Shown piece by piece: positions 49,176 through 59,438 of a stretch of 64,000 nucleotides of DNA. Within the stretch, counting starts at the first letter, position 1; each line of letters opens with the position of its first letter. This stretch comes from Candidatus Omnitrophota bacterium (GTDB lineage Bacteria > Omnitrophota > Gorgyraeia > Tantalellales > Tantalellaceae): positions 7,222-71,221 of the forward strand of contig JADGBR010000013.1 in NCBI GenBank assembly GCA_015231405.1. Direction: 5' to 3'. The notes beneath the pieces were generated by a model. It saw only the letters and a program-made list of their open reading frames with translations. It made no database searches and was not told the DNA's origin. The position numbers and the translations under genes were made by a program.

Positions 49176-50302
49176 CGAACATACTCCATATTACGACAGA
49201 TTCGGCTATAGGCGGCGCCGAGAACCTGCTCCTCGGGATAGCCAGGGGCTATGACAGGTCAAAGTTCCGCCATTTTTTCGCGACGCTGAAACCGGAAGGA
49301 AGGTTCCACAAATGCCTGAGACAAGAGAACGCGGAGGCGTTCGCTCTCGGTTGCGTGCGCGTCACCGATATACCGCGGGCGTTCGTCCGGCTAGCTTCTC
49401 TTATCCGGGAGAAAAACGTCCACATATTGCATACTCATCTTTTCCATGCGGGTGTGCTGGGACTTATAACTAAAAAGTTCATGCCGGGTGTGAATGTCGT
49501 ACTGACAAGACATTATTCGGACCTCATTTATATTTACGGCAGCCTTGCGGAAAAAATAGCCGACAGGGCCGTATCGAGGGACTTGGAGGCCATAATAGCG
49601 GTATCCGAAGCCGTTAAACGCGTTATGGTGGAGTACGACAAAATAGATCCCTTCAAGATAACCGTGATACATAACGGCGTCGATCCGGCCGCTCTGTCCA
49701 TGATCGATATGTCCAGGGTGAAAGAAGTCCGGGATGAATGCGGTCTCGGCAATTCGGTAGTCGTAGGTACGGTCGGGAGTTTGCACCCACGGAAAGGACA
49801 CAGGTATTTCCTTGAAGCCGCTTCCATGATAGCGCGTTCGGACGACAGGGTCAAATTTCTTATCGTCGGCGGAGGTGAGCTCGGGCGTGAGCTTCAGGAA
49901 CTCGCCTCGGGTCTGGGGATAGGGGACCGTGTGTTCTTTGCCGGATATCGCTCCAGGGTCAACGAATATGTCGCGAATATGGATGTTTTCGTCCAGCCTT
50001 CGGTAGAGGAGGGGTTCGGTATAACCATACTCGAAGCCATGGCGATGGGTAAACCCGTTATCGGTACCAGGATCGGCGGTATACCTGAGATAATAAAGGA
50101 CGGGACCAGCGGGATACTCGTTACTCCGAAAGATCCCGTGGCTATGAGTGAAGCGGTGCTATCGATGCTCGGGGATCCCGCCACGGCCGTAAGGATGGGC
50201 GAATCCGGGAGGGAACGAGTGAAGAAAGAATTCACTCTGGCCGGTATGATAAAGAAATACGAAAGATTCTACGATGGGATAAGCGGGAGGGTGAAAGGAT
50301 AG
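49172..50302 (+). CDS. glycosyltransferase family 4
   Basis: ILHITTDSAIGGAE N-terminus; TVGSLHPRKG...ILEAMAMGKPVIGTRIGGIPEII. Confidence 0.8.
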   Translation: MTNILHITTDSAIGGAENLLLGIARGYDRSKFRHFFATLKPEGRFHKCLRQENAEAFALGCVRVTDIPRAFVRLASLIREKNVHILHTHLFHAGVLGLITKKFMPGVNVVLTRHYSDLIYIYGSLAEKIADRAVSRDLEAIIAVSEAVKRVMVEYDKIDPFKITVIHNGVDPAALSMIDMSRVKEVRDECGLGNSVVVGTVGSLHPRKGHRYFLEAASMIARSDDRVKFLIVGGGELGRELQELASGLGIGDRVFFAGYRSRVNEYVANMDVFVQPSVEEGFGITILEAMAMGKPVIGTRIGGIPEIIKDGTSGILVTPKDPVAMSEAVLSMLGDPATAVRMGESGRERVKKEFTLAGMIKKYERFYDGISGRVKG

Positions 50303-50305
50303 AAT

Positions 50306-52204
50306 ATGTGCGGTATATGCGGGTTCGTACTAGGGCGCTTCGGAGCTTACGACACTAAGGTCCTCGAGGCCATGTGCGATAATATGCGGCATCGCGGACC
50401 GGACGATGCGGGCTACTTCCTTTCGAAAGGGCGGGTACTGGCAGGTCTCGGTCACAGGAGGCTTAGCATAATAGACCTGTCGGAATCCGCCAGGCAGCCT
50501 ATGGGCAACGAGGACGGGACTGTTATGTCGGTAGTGAACGGCGAAATATACAACTACACCGATCTTAGGAGGATATTGACGGAGAAAGGGCATTTCTTTC
50601 GATCGGGATCGGACAGCGAAGTGATACCTCATCTTTATGAGGAATACGGCGACTCTTTCGCTACGCATCTTCGGGGGATGTTCGCGGCGGCGGTGTGGGA
50701 CGTTAAAGAGGATAAGCTCGTTCTTGTACGCGACAGGATGGGGAAAAAACCTCTTGTTTATGCGGTGTTCGAAGGGAATATTGTTTTCGCTTCGGAGTTC
50801 AGAGCGCTTCTCGCTTTTCCCGGCATAGAGCGGTCGGTCGATAGAGACGCTATAGCGTGGTATCTTAGATATGGCTATATCCCTTCCCCGATGACGGCTT
50901 TCAGGGGCTTAAAGAAGCTGGAACATGCCAGTTATCTCGTATATAGGCGCGGGCAGATCGCGATAAATAAATACTGGAAAAGGGATCTCTCGGTACAGAG
51001 GAAGATAGGGTTAGACGAGGCGGCGGAAGAGCTATATGAAAAGCTTAACGATTCCGTCAGGGTAAGGATGATGAGCGACGTCCCTCTCGGGGCTTTCTTA
51101 AGCGGAGGCGTGGATTCAAGCGCGGTAGTTGCTATGATGGCCCGCAACTCGCAAGGGAAGGTAAGGACTTTCTCGATTGGGTTCAGGGAAAACGCGTATA
51201 ACGAGCTGGGATATGCCCGGGCGGTTTCCGAATACGTGGGCACGGAGCATAGCGAGTTCATAGTCGAAGAGGACGCCGCGTCTATCCTCCCGGCCCTTGT
51301 CGAAGCTTACGGCGAACCTTTCGCCGATTCGTCGTCCGTTCCGACTTTCTACGTGGCGAAAATGACGGCAAAAAGCGTCAAAGTGGCTCTTTCCGGCGAC
51401 GGAGGGGACGAGAATTTCGCCGGATATGACAGGATATTCGCGAACCGGTGGGCCGAGATCTACCGATCTTTCCCCGGCCCGTTTAAAGCCTTGGCCGAAG
51501 CTTGTCTGGGAAAAGCCGCAGCGAGGCACGCCGATATTAAAAACAAGGCCGAAAGGGTTCGGAGATTCCTTCGTGCTTCGGGCCTGCCCATAGCTGAAAG
51601 ATACGAATACTGGCTCAGCATCGCTGACCGCTCGTTTGAGAGAGAACTTTACACGCCTGATTTTTTACGGGCGGCTTCCGGTATTGATACGGCTTCTCTT
51701 ATGCGCGCGGCTTTTCTCGCTTCGGGGACACGGGATATAGTGAACGCCTCTCTTTATGCCGAACAGGAACTGACGCTCCCTAACGATTATCTCGTCAAAG
51801 TGGACATAGCGAGCATGCTGAATTCCCTGGAGGTGAGGAGCCCGTTCCTTGACCAGGCGATGATAGAGTTCTCTTCCGGGCTTCCTTCATCGCTCAAGCA
51901 GAGGGGAACGACCGGCAAGATCGTCCTTAAGCACATGATAAGGAAATATCGTCTCCTGCCGGAGTGTGTTCTAACTAGGGGCAAGATGGGTTTCGCCATA
52001 CCCGTGTCGAAATGGTTAAGGGAAGGACTTTCGGGCCTTTTATCGGACGCTCTCCTTTCGACGGAAAGCCTCCGGAGGGGATATTTTGCAGCTTCTAAGC
52101 TTAAAGAGATGCTGAGCGCGCACATGAGCGGAAAAAAAGATTATGGCCCGCAGCTATGGGCCTTACTTGTCCTTGAGCTCTGGCACAGGAGGTACATTGA
52201 CTAA
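50306..52204 (+). CDS. asnB: asparagine synthase (glutamine-hydrolysing) family amidotransferase
   Basis: MCGICGF N-terminal nucleophile, SGGVDSS PP-loop. Confidence 0.85.
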   Translation: MCGICGFVLGRFGAYDTKVLEAMCDNMRHRGPDDAGYFLSKGRVLAGLGHRRLSIIDLSESARQPMGNEDGTVMSVVNGEIYNYTDLRRILTEKGHFFRSGSDSEVIPHLYEEYGDSFATHLRGMFAAAVWDVKEDKLVLVRDRMGKKPLVYAVFEGNIVFASEFRALLAFPGIERSVDRDAIAWYLRYGYIPSPMTAFRGLKKLEHASYLVYRRGQIAINKYWKRDLSVQRKIGLDEAAEELYEKLNDSVRVRMMSDVPLGAFLSGGVDSSAVVAMMARNSQGKVRTFSIGFRENAYNELGYARAVSEYVGTEHSEFIVEEDAASILPALVEAYGEPFADSSSVPTFYVAKMTAKSVKVALSGDGGDENFAGYDRIFANRWAEIYRSFPGPFKALAEACLGKAAARHADIKNKAERVRRFLRASGLPIAERYEYWLSIADRSFERELYTPDFLRAASGIDTASLMRAAFLASGTRDIVNASLYAEQELTLPNDYLVKVDIASMLNSLEVRSPFLDQAMIEFSSGLPSSLKQRGTTGKIVLKHMIRKYRLLPECVLTRGKMGFAIPVSKWLREGLSGLLSDALLSTESLRRGYFAASKLKEMLSAHMSGKKDYGPQLWALLVLELWHRRYID

Positions 52205-52937
52205 CCTGTCATGGAAGAAAACCTGGAAAGCCTTATTTATTGGGGCGGCCGCGGCAGTTGTCATAATGGCATTTAACGCGAAAGTCGGCACTAAGCAGGG
52301 GATAGATTTCAAGGTCACGGAAAAGAAGATACCGCTTTATCTGAAAACCCTGGATTTTATCGACCGGCACTATAATTATTCGAACCTCGTTAGCGGGATA
52401 ACGAAGCCGGGCGGGACGGTCGACGAAAAGGTCATGGATATTTTTAAATGGACTTTCGTTAATATACGCAGGCAGCCGACTTCGCTTCCGACCGTCGATG
52501 ACCATCCCTGGCATATTATAGTAAGAGGGTATGGGGCGGGTGAGCAGTATTCCGATGTCTTTACTACACTATGTACATATGCAGGGGCGCCGGCTTATTT
52601 CATTCTCGTGAAGAGCCGTGACGGTTCAAGGAGATATCCTTTTTCGGTTGTCAGGATGAACGGCAGGGAAAGGGTATTCGACCCGTATAACGGAGTTTAT
52701 TTCGTTTCAGGGAACGGCGAACAAGCCGGTATAGAAGATGTGGCGGCTATGCGGGCACAAAAAATATGCCTCTCCGGCGAACCGGACGTAGATTACGGCG
52801 AGTACCTGCCGGATCTGATGTCTCCGAAAAACACCGTAATAAGAAGAGCCTCGGCCCAGGACCCGCTGGGGAGGATGAAAGCGGCAATAGCCGGCGCCGT
52901 TAAAATGTCGGGCCTTTGGGGTGGAAAGAAAAAATGA
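52143..52937 (+). CDS. hypothetical membrane-anchored protein (weak transglutaminase-like hints)
   Basis: ORF overlapping asnB 3' end by 62 nt; signal/anchor KKTWKALFIGAAAAVVIMAF; start ambiguous. Confidence 0.4.
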   Translation: MARSYGPYLSLSSGTGGTLTNLSWKKTWKALFIGAAAAVVIMAFNAKVGTKQGIDFKVTEKKIPLYLKTLDFIDRHYNYSNLVSGITKPGGTVDEKVMDIFKWTFVNIRRQPTSLPTVDDHPWHIIVRGYGAGEQYSDVFTTLCTYAGAPAYFILVKSRDGSRRYPFSVVRMNGRERVFDPYNGVYFVSGNGEQAGIEDVAAMRAQKICLSGEPDVDYGEYLPDLMSPKNTVIRRASAQDPLGRMKAAIAGAVKMSGLWGGKKK

Positions 52938-54787
52938 TCAAGAACGGTAACGTGATCTGCATATCTTCGATAGACTGGGATTTCGTCTGGCAGGGGCATC
53001 AGGAAATAATGTCGATACTCGCCGCAAACGGCAATAAGGTCCTTTTTATCGAGAACACAGGTGTCAGGATACCCAACCTCAGGGATATCGGCAGGCTTAA
53101 AAAACGGCTTAAGAACTGGTATTCCGGTATATTAGGCATCAGGAAGGAAAAAGATAACCTTTATATCTACTCGCCCCTGATCCTTCCATTTCCGCATCTT
53201 GGCCTGGCGCGGTGGCTCAATAAATACATAGCGCTTTTCAGCATAAAACAATGGATGAGGATCATGGATTTCAGCGATCCGGTCATATGGACGTTCCTGC
53301 CGACGGGGTTCACTCTGGACCTGGCCGATAAGATACCGCATAAGGCGCTGATCTATTACTGCATAGATAATTTTCTCGCCAGTTCCCCCCAGGCTTCGGG
53401 TGTACGGGATACGGAAATAGAGCTTTTTAAACGCGCTGATCTCGTATTCGTTACGGCCATGGAGCTTTACGTCTACTCGAAAAAGTACCGCGACGAAGTG
53501 AGCATATTCCCCTTCGGCGTTAATTTGGACAAGTTCGAGCGATACCGGGAAAGAAAAGAACGGGTTGTTCCGGAAGACATGCTAGGACTACCGCGCCCCA
53601 TTATCGGATACCAGGGAGGTATACATAAATGGGTCGACCTGGAACTTGTAGGGAAAATGGCCGGGATATTTCCCGCGTGGTCATTCGTCATGGTTGGGCC
53701 CAGGCAGGTAGACGTATCCGGGCTGTTAAACATTGGGAATGTCCATTTTCTCGGGAAGAAATCGCATGACGAACTGGTCGGATACATAGATAATTTCGAC
53801 GTCTGTACGATACCGTATCTGATCACGGATTATACCAGGAACGTTTATCCTACTAAACTCAACGAATATCTGGCCCTGGGGAAGACGATCGTCTCTACCG
53901 CACTTCCCGAGGTCCTCTCTTTCAATGATAAATACCACGGGTTAGTGCGTGTCGCCGATGACCATGCGGGATTCGCCGCGCATCTCATGGAGGCAGTTTC
54001 ACGGCCTGAGGCCCCTCCAGCAGCCCTGGCTGAAAGATACAGCGCAGCGGGCGACAACTCATGGCAGAAAAGGGTCGAGGAGATGAGCGTTCTTATTGAA
54101 AAGGCCATGGAAAAGAAAAAAACGGATATCGACACGCGCTGGAACCAGAGCCTGAAAAAAATTTACCGCTCCGCTTCGCGGAAAACACTTATTTTAGCGG
54201 CTGCGGTGTTTTTCTCGTATTTTGCGATATTTAAAACTCCGCTTATATGGTTCCTCGCGGAACCTCTCAGGGTATCGGATGAGCCCCGTAAAGCCGACGT
54301 GATCGTCGTTTTCGGCGGAGGGGTCGGCGAGACCGGCGAGGCAGGGCAGGGATACGAGGAAAGGGTGCTTAAAGCCGTTAACCTCTACAGGAAAGGGTAT
54401 GCCGGGAAGATCATATTTTCAACGGGTTATGTTTATGCCATTAATGAGGCCGATATCATGTGGGCGCTGGCGGTGTCGTTCGGCGTTCCGCCCGAAGATA
54501 TAATACTCGAGAAAAAAGCCGCGACGACATACCAGAATGTAATATTCACGTCACGTATCATCGAGGAAAAAAACTGGAGAACGGCACTTATAGTCACCTC
54601 GCCTTATCATATGAGACGCGTCAGGATGGTCTATGCCACGAATTTTCCGGATATAAATGCGATATCGACGCCGGTCGAGCCATGCAGCTTTTTCGGGAAT
54701 AAGAAAGAGATCAGCTTGCGCCAGATAAGGGCGCTTATCCATGAAATAGCCGCTATCGCGGATTACAAATACAAAGGGTACATTTGA
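52934..54787 (+). CDS. fusion protein: glycosyltransferase-like N-domain + C-terminal DUF218 (YdcF/ElyC-like) domain
   Basis: N-domain ICISSIDWDFVWQGHQEI..; C-domain ADVIVVFGGG...YQNVIFTSRI..ALIVTSPYHMRR. Confidence 0.6.
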   Translation: MIKNGNVICISSIDWDFVWQGHQEIMSILAANGNKVLFIENTGVRIPNLRDIGRLKKRLKNWYSGILGIRKEKDNLYIYSPLILPFPHLGLARWLNKYIALFSIKQWMRIMDFSDPVIWTFLPTGFTLDLADKIPHKALIYYCIDNFLASSPQASGVRDTEIELFKRADLVFVTAMELYVYSKKYRDEVSIFPFGVNLDKFERYRERKERVVPEDMLGLPRPIIGYQGGIHKWVDLELVGKMAGIFPAWSFVMVGPRQVDVSGLLNIGNVHFLGKKSHDELVGYIDNFDVCTIPYLITDYTRNVYPTKLNEYLALGKTIVSTALPEVLSFNDKYHGLVRVADDHAGFAAHLMEAVSRPEAPPAALAERYSAAGDNSWQKRVEEMSVLIEKAMEKKKTDIDTRWNQSLKKIYRSASRKTLILAAAVFFSYFAIFKTPLIWFLAEPLRVSDEPRKADVIVVFGGGVGETGEAGQGYEERVLKAVNLYRKGYAGKIIFSTGYVYAINEADIMWALAVSFGVPPEDIILEKKAATTYQNVIFTSRIIEEKNWRTALIVTSPYHMRRVRMVYATNFPDINAISTPVEPCSFFGNKKEISLRQIRALIHEIAAIADYKYKGYI

Positions 54788-54896
54788 CGTCCAGACTGTG
54801 CCATAATGCGTTATAGCAGGACACAATCCTACTTGTACCAAGCTGAAGTATTACGCCTAATTTGAAGATCGTTCGGGTGAGTCTTCTTTAATCCCC

Positions 54897-54925
54897 TTTT
54901 TAATGTCTGAATTATGTGGTAAAAT
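54897..54925 (+). promoter_or_regulatory. extended -10 promoter candidate (TGgTAAAAT) with RBS aggagggggg
   Basis: TGn-TAAAAT at 54917-54925 in AT-rich gap; ATG 54951 26 nt downstream. Confidence 0.4.
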
Positions 54926-54950
54926 CATAGTCTAGCCAAGGAGGGGGGAA

Positions 54951-55526
54951 ATGCAGTTTATTGACGAAAAAGGAAGAATTTTTGGCAAGATAAATATTAT
55001 CGATCTAATGGTTTTGACAGCTTTTCTGGTGGTCATGCCTATGGCATATGTCAGCTATAATATTACTGTTAAAAAACCCGAACAGTTCGTAAATTTAACA
55101 AATAAGACGAAATTACTGGTACGTATTAAATTTGACGGGGTACCTACGGAGATCGCGGATCAGGTCAAAGAGGGAGATTCAAATTATACCGCGCCTTTTG
55201 GTATGAAACCAAGCCAGCTTGAGCCTGAACCGAGGAGAATTACGGCTGTAGTTAAAAAGATCGTTTACAGGGAGAATGTTAAAACCACAGCGATAGAAAA
55301 AACGGGCCCGTCTTCCCAGATGGAAAAGGCCGTTAATGTCAATGAATGTCTCGGAGAAAAATGCGTTGTAATCGACCTTGAGCTTTCCTGCGATTATGAC
55401 CCAGTGGAGGGATGTTATTCGTATAACGGCGATAAGATCAAGGCGGGTCTCAATTTTAGCTTATTTACATCGTCGTATTACCTCAGGGGTATGATCCTCA
55501 GTTTTAAGCCTGCCGCCGGGGAATGA
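54951..55526 (+). CDS. DUF4330-like membrane-anchored hypothetical protein (very AT-rich gene)
   Basis: N-terminus MQFIDEKGRIFGKINIIDLMVLTAFLVV matches DUF4330-type starts; GC far below flanks. Confidence 0.45.
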   Translation: MQFIDEKGRIFGKINIIDLMVLTAFLVVMPMAYVSYNITVKKPEQFVNLTNKTKLLVRIKFDGVPTEIADQVKEGDSNYTAPFGMKPSQLEPEPRRITAVVKKIVYRENVKTTAIEKTGPSSQMEKAVNVNECLGEKCVVIDLELSCDYDPVEGCYSYNGDKIKAGLNFSLFTSSYYLRGMILSFKPAAGE

Positions 55527-56098
55527 CCATGAGAATGCCGAACATATTTTCAGGGTCGAATACAGTAAGGGCTATAAACTCAGCCAGGCGTTTTTGGGGG
55601 TCTTTTGCGGAGGCTGCCGTTAACTATGCCCGTTCGAGTTATATAAATTCCTTGACCGGAAGGATAGTTCTGGTTTTCCGGACGGCATGGGAGAATAGTT
55701 CTATTGTCAGATCTCTGGACCTTGACGGGCGGGGTATGACCATGGCTGAAAACTCAGTTTTTATAAGGGCAGTTTTAGCGGCATGGGACCGGACCCTAAG
55801 AACGATGAAAGCTGCCAGCGAATGGAGCGTAACCGTCAGGGTTTCTCAAGGTGCCGCTAAAGATATCGGAGACCGTTTTTTACGTAAGATCGGGATAGTG
55901 GTCGTTATCGCCGTTACGACCGAATCGATCCTTATCTTACTTTGCAACAGGGAGATGGATGTCCCAGGATGGTGTATAAGGGCGGCTTTTTTTGCGGAAG
56001 GTATCCTCGCCATACTATGCGGGGCGGACCTGGAACAGGTGAAAGAGGGCAGTTTTGTCCTTCGAAAACTCAGATTGTTTGGAATGAATGAACGGTAA
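55523..56098 (+). CDS. hypothetical protein with C-terminal TM helices
   Basis: ATGA-coupled ORF; no recognisable motifs. Confidence 0.35.
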   Translation: MTMRMPNIFSGSNTVRAINSARRFWGSFAEAAVNYARSSYINSLTGRIVLVFRTAWENSSIVRSLDLDGRGMTMAENSVFIRAVLAAWDRTLRTMKAASEWSVTVRVSQGAAKDIGDRFLRKIGIVVVIAVTTESILILLCNREMDVPGWCIRAAFFAEGILAILCGADLEQVKEGSFVLRKLRLFGMNER

Positions 56099-57242
56099 AA
56101 AAAAAATAATGAGGATCATTACAAGGCTTAATATCGGCGGGCCGGCCATACACGCGGTATTACTTGCTTCCGGCCTCGAGAGGGAAAGGTTCGAGACGGT
56201 GCTGGTCTCCGGGAGTATAGGCCATGGCGAAGGCGATATGGCCTATTTTGCCCGCAATAATGGCGTTAAACCCGTGATAATACCGGAGATGAAAAGGGAA
56301 ATTGACCCGCTGGGCGACATCGCGGCTTTTTTTAAGATCCTCCGTTTGATGTTCGTCGAAAGGCCAATGGTCATCCATACCCATACTGCCAAAGCGGGGA
56401 CCCTGGGGCGGCTCGCGAGTATCGTTTTCAAGGTCGTCGCTTTCGGCCGGGGAGTGAGGATCTACCACACTTTTCACGGGCATGTGTTCCACAGTTATTT
56501 CGGGACTTTTTCGACGCGGTTCTATATAGCGGTTGAAAGGTTCCTGGCATTCTTTACGACCGGGATAATCGCGATCAGCCGGAAACAGCGAGATGAGCTT
56601 GTCAAACTCGGTATAGCCCCGCGCGGCAGGATAGGTATCATACCGCTCGGGCTAGACCTGGAAATGTGCCTGGACTTAGGGATCAGGAAAGGTTCCGACT
56701 CGGACATTGTCACCGTGGGCATAGTCGGCAGGCTCGTTCCCGTGAAGAACCACAGGATGTTCCTCAATGTGGTCAAAAGGATAAGCGGCGGGAGCGCGGT
56801 ACGTCCCGGGATAAGGTTCCGCGTGATCGGTGACGGGCCGATGAGAGAGGAACTCGAGGGATATGCCGGAGAACTCGGTGTGAAAGATATGGTGTCCTTT
56901 GAAGGATGGCTTAAGGATCCCGTCCGGATCTACGGGGAACTCGATATAGTCGCGCTGACGTCGCTGAACGAGGGTACGCCCGTAGCCGTTATCGAGGCGC
57001 TGGCTTCGGGACGGCCATGTGTAGCGACCGATGTCGGCGGGGTAAGCGACGTAATAGAGAACGGGAGGAGCGGGTATCTTATCCCCTCGTTCGACGAGGA
57101 CGCGTTCGCGAAAGCCATCCTGGACCTGATCTCGGACGCCGGGAAGAGGGAGAGTTTCGGTTCATACGGACGACATTCTGTGAGAAGCAGGTTCTCGCAT
57201 AAAAGACTGATCCGGGATATTGAAAAACTTTATACAAGTTGA
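56088..57242 (+). CDS. glycosyltransferase family 4
   Basis: RIITRLNIGGPAIH N-terminus; GRLVPVKNH..LNEGTPVAVIEALASGRPCVATDVGG; start may be ATG 56109. Confidence 0.8.
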   Translation: MNGKKKIMRIITRLNIGGPAIHAVLLASGLERERFETVLVSGSIGHGEGDMAYFARNNGVKPVIIPEMKREIDPLGDIAAFFKILRLMFVERPMVIHTHTAKAGTLGRLASIVFKVVAFGRGVRIYHTFHGHVFHSYFGTFSTRFYIAVERFLAFFTTGIIAISRKQRDELVKLGIAPRGRIGIIPLGLDLEMCLDLGIRKGSDSDIVTVGIVGRLVPVKNHRMFLNVVKRISGGSAVRPGIRFRVIGDGPMREELEGYAGELGVKDMVSFEGWLKDPVRIYGELDIVALTSLNEGTPVAVIEALASGRPCVATDVGGVSDVIENGRSGYLIPSFDEDAFAKAILDLISDAGKRESFGSYGRHSVRSRFSHKRLIRDIEKLYTS

Positions 57243-57251
57243 GGGGGAAAG

Positions 57252-58211
57252 ATGAAGTATCTGATAACCGGCGGGGCGGGGTTCATAGGCTCGCACCTTG
57301 CGGAAAAACTGCTTGGGTCAGGGCACGATGTTAACATCATAGACGACCTTTCCACCGGAAGCCTTGAGAATATAAGCGGTATACGGAACAGCAAAAAGTT
57401 CCATTGTACGATCAACTCTATAATGAACCCCGACGTAATGGAAGACCTGGTCGCGAAGACGGACTATGTAGTGCATCTCGCCGCGGCCGTAGGCGTGAAG
57501 TATGTAATAGATAATCCGCTCCTTGCGCTCGAGACCAATATCAACGGGACGGGCTTGGTCCTCTCGATATGCAATAAATTCAAAAAACCGGTCTTTATCG
57601 CCTCTACGTCCGAGGTATACGGCAAGAACGATAAGGACGCCCTGAAGGAAGACGACGACAGGCTCCTCGGATCGACCCATATCTCCAGGTGGGGATATGC
57701 CGCCAGCAAAGCCGTCGACGAATTCCTGGGTCTCGCTTATTTCAGGGAGAAGAAACTTGATGTCACCATCGGCCGGTTTTTCAATATCGTCGGGCCGAGA
57801 CAGTCCGCAAGGTACGGTATGGTAATACCGCGAATGGTAAAACAGGCTCTTTTGGGGAACCCTATCACCGTTTACGGCGACGGGAAACAGAAAAGATGTT
57901 TTACATACATAGACGACGCGCTTGAAGGTGTGGTAGGGCTCATGAACTCTGAAACAGCCCCGGGAGAGATATTCAATATCGGGAATACCGCGGAAGTGAC
58001 CATCGAAGAGCTCGCCGGGAGGATAAAGAAACTGGCCAATTCCCGGTCGAAAATAGTCTATGTACCCTACGAGAAAGCCTATGAAAAAGGTTTTGAGGAT
58101 ATGAAACGCAGGAAACCGGATCTCGGCAAGATAAAAAAGTTCACAGGGTATCATCCGAAACATGGATTGAACGATATATTGACGAAGACTATAGAGTATT
58201 TCGAGGCGTAA
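57252..58211 (+). CDS. NAD-dependent epimerase/dehydratase (paralog of 21492-22556)
   Basis: KYLITGGAGFIGSHL, VHLAAAVGV, YAASKAVDE (YxxxK). Confidence 0.8.
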   Translation: MKYLITGGAGFIGSHLAEKLLGSGHDVNIIDDLSTGSLENISGIRNSKKFHCTINSIMNPDVMEDLVAKTDYVVHLAAAVGVKYVIDNPLLALETNINGTGLVLSICNKFKKPVFIASTSEVYGKNDKDALKEDDDRLLGSTHISRWGYAASKAVDEFLGLAYFREKKLDVTIGRFFNIVGPRQSARYGMVIPRMVKQALLGNPITVYGDGKQKRCFTYIDDALEGVVGLMNSETAPGEIFNIGNTAEVTIEELAGRIKKLANSRSKIVYVPYEKAYEKGFEDMKRRKPDLGKIKKFTGYHPKHGLNDILTKTIEYFEA

Positions 58212-58244
58212 AGTGGCGGACGGCTGAGAGATAAAGGTTAAAAA

Positions 58245-59438
58245 ATGGGGATGAACAGAGATAAGGCATTGGCCTGGCTTGATACGATAACCGAAGCGGG
58301 TATCTGGATGTTCTTTTTCGGATTGCCTTTTTCCAAATCATGCGTCGAGATATCGTTCGGCGTGATAATGATACCGTGGCTCATCCGTAGAATTATCATA
58401 TACGGGGTCAAAAACCCGCTTTGCGTCATGAGGACGGTCTCTACGGGGTTGAACCCGGCCATAGCCTGTTATGCCGCCGCATGCGCGCTGTCTCTCCTGG
58501 GTACAGCATCCGTCAAACTGACGGCCGTCGGCCTGTTATGCAAACTGTTCCAACAGGTCTACACCTTTTTTATAATAGCTGAAAGGGTGAACACCCGGGA
58601 CAAGCTTCTCCGCGTAACAGGCGTGCTATTCCTATCCATGGCGCTCATTTCGGCTGACGCCATATTCCAGAAGATCACCGGACGGGATTTTATCAGGGGA
58701 TACGGGCTTTTCGGCGACGAGGGGAGCGTCCAGGCTTCGTTCGGAAATCCCAACAGCCTTGGGAGCTGGATCTCCATGGTATTCCCCCTAGCGGCCTGTT
58801 TCGCTTTTTTCCCGTGGCCGGACCACGCATTACTGTCCCGGATATCCGGCCGGATTAGGGTGTTCGGCAAGGTGCTATTATGTGTCCTGACGGTCGCGCT
58901 TTTTGTGTCACTTCTCTTTACGGCGTCCAGAGGCGCCTGGGCGGCGGTCTTCATAGCTATTCTCATCATCGCGTCAAAAATAAGCAAAGCCCCGTTACTG
59001 TGCGCCAGATCCTTTACGGCTTCAAGGAAGCCGTTCTCGGGCTCTCTGATACCTGCCGGTTCCATAATGACACAGGCTATCTCCCCCTTATTCTCCCGGA
59101 ATATCTTTTCAAGTGTTTCGACCCTGTTGTACTCGAAAGGGATCGTCAGTTCCCTTACCGCCTTCGGCACGCCGTCGTTCCTCGCGGTAGTCCCTATGAA
59201 CCAGTCCTGCCAGCCGTGGTATCCCGAACAGGCTATCTTGTCCTTCCCCGTGTACGCCCTGGCGGCGCGGACGGCGCCGGATGTGGCATCCGACCCGTTC
59301 TTGCCGAACCTGACCATCTCAGCGGACGGGACCGTTTCCGAGATCAGCCCGGCGAGCTCGCCTTCAAGCCTGTGCGGCAAAGTAAAAGTCGTCCCTTTTC
59401 TGATCGTCTCTATCACGCTGTTCTCGACGGCGGGATAA
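58245..59438 (+). CDS. O-antigen ligase/Wzy_C family membrane protein, apparently truncated (homology ends near 59000)
   Basis: Multi-TM with TASRGAWAAV motif; after about codon 252 the frame becomes S/P/T-rich and is antisense to the convergent gene. Confidence 0.5.
   Translation: MGMNRDKALAWLDTITEAGIWMFFFGLPFSKSCVEISFGVIMIPWLIRRIIIYGVKNPLCVMRTVSTGLNPAIACYAAACALSLLGTASVKLTAVGLLCKLFQQVYTFFIIAERVNTRDKLLRVTGVLFLSMALISADAIFQKITGRDFIRGYGLFGDEGSVQASFGNPNSLGSWISMVFPLAACFAFFPWPDHALLSRISGRIRVFGKVLLCVLTVALFVSLLFTASRGAWAAVFIAILIIASKISKAPLLCARSFTASRKPFSGSLIPAGSIMTQAISPLFSRNIFSSVSTLLYSKGIVSSLTAFGTPSFLAVVPMNQSCQPWYPEQAILSFPVYALAARTAPDVASDPFLPNLTISADGTVSEISPASSPSSLCGKVKVVPFLIVSITLFSTAG

Noticed and set aside
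57318-58163. 281-aa minus-strand ORF
   Set aside because: It is antisense to the SDR epimerase/dehydratase, which has GxxGxxG and YxxxK motifs.
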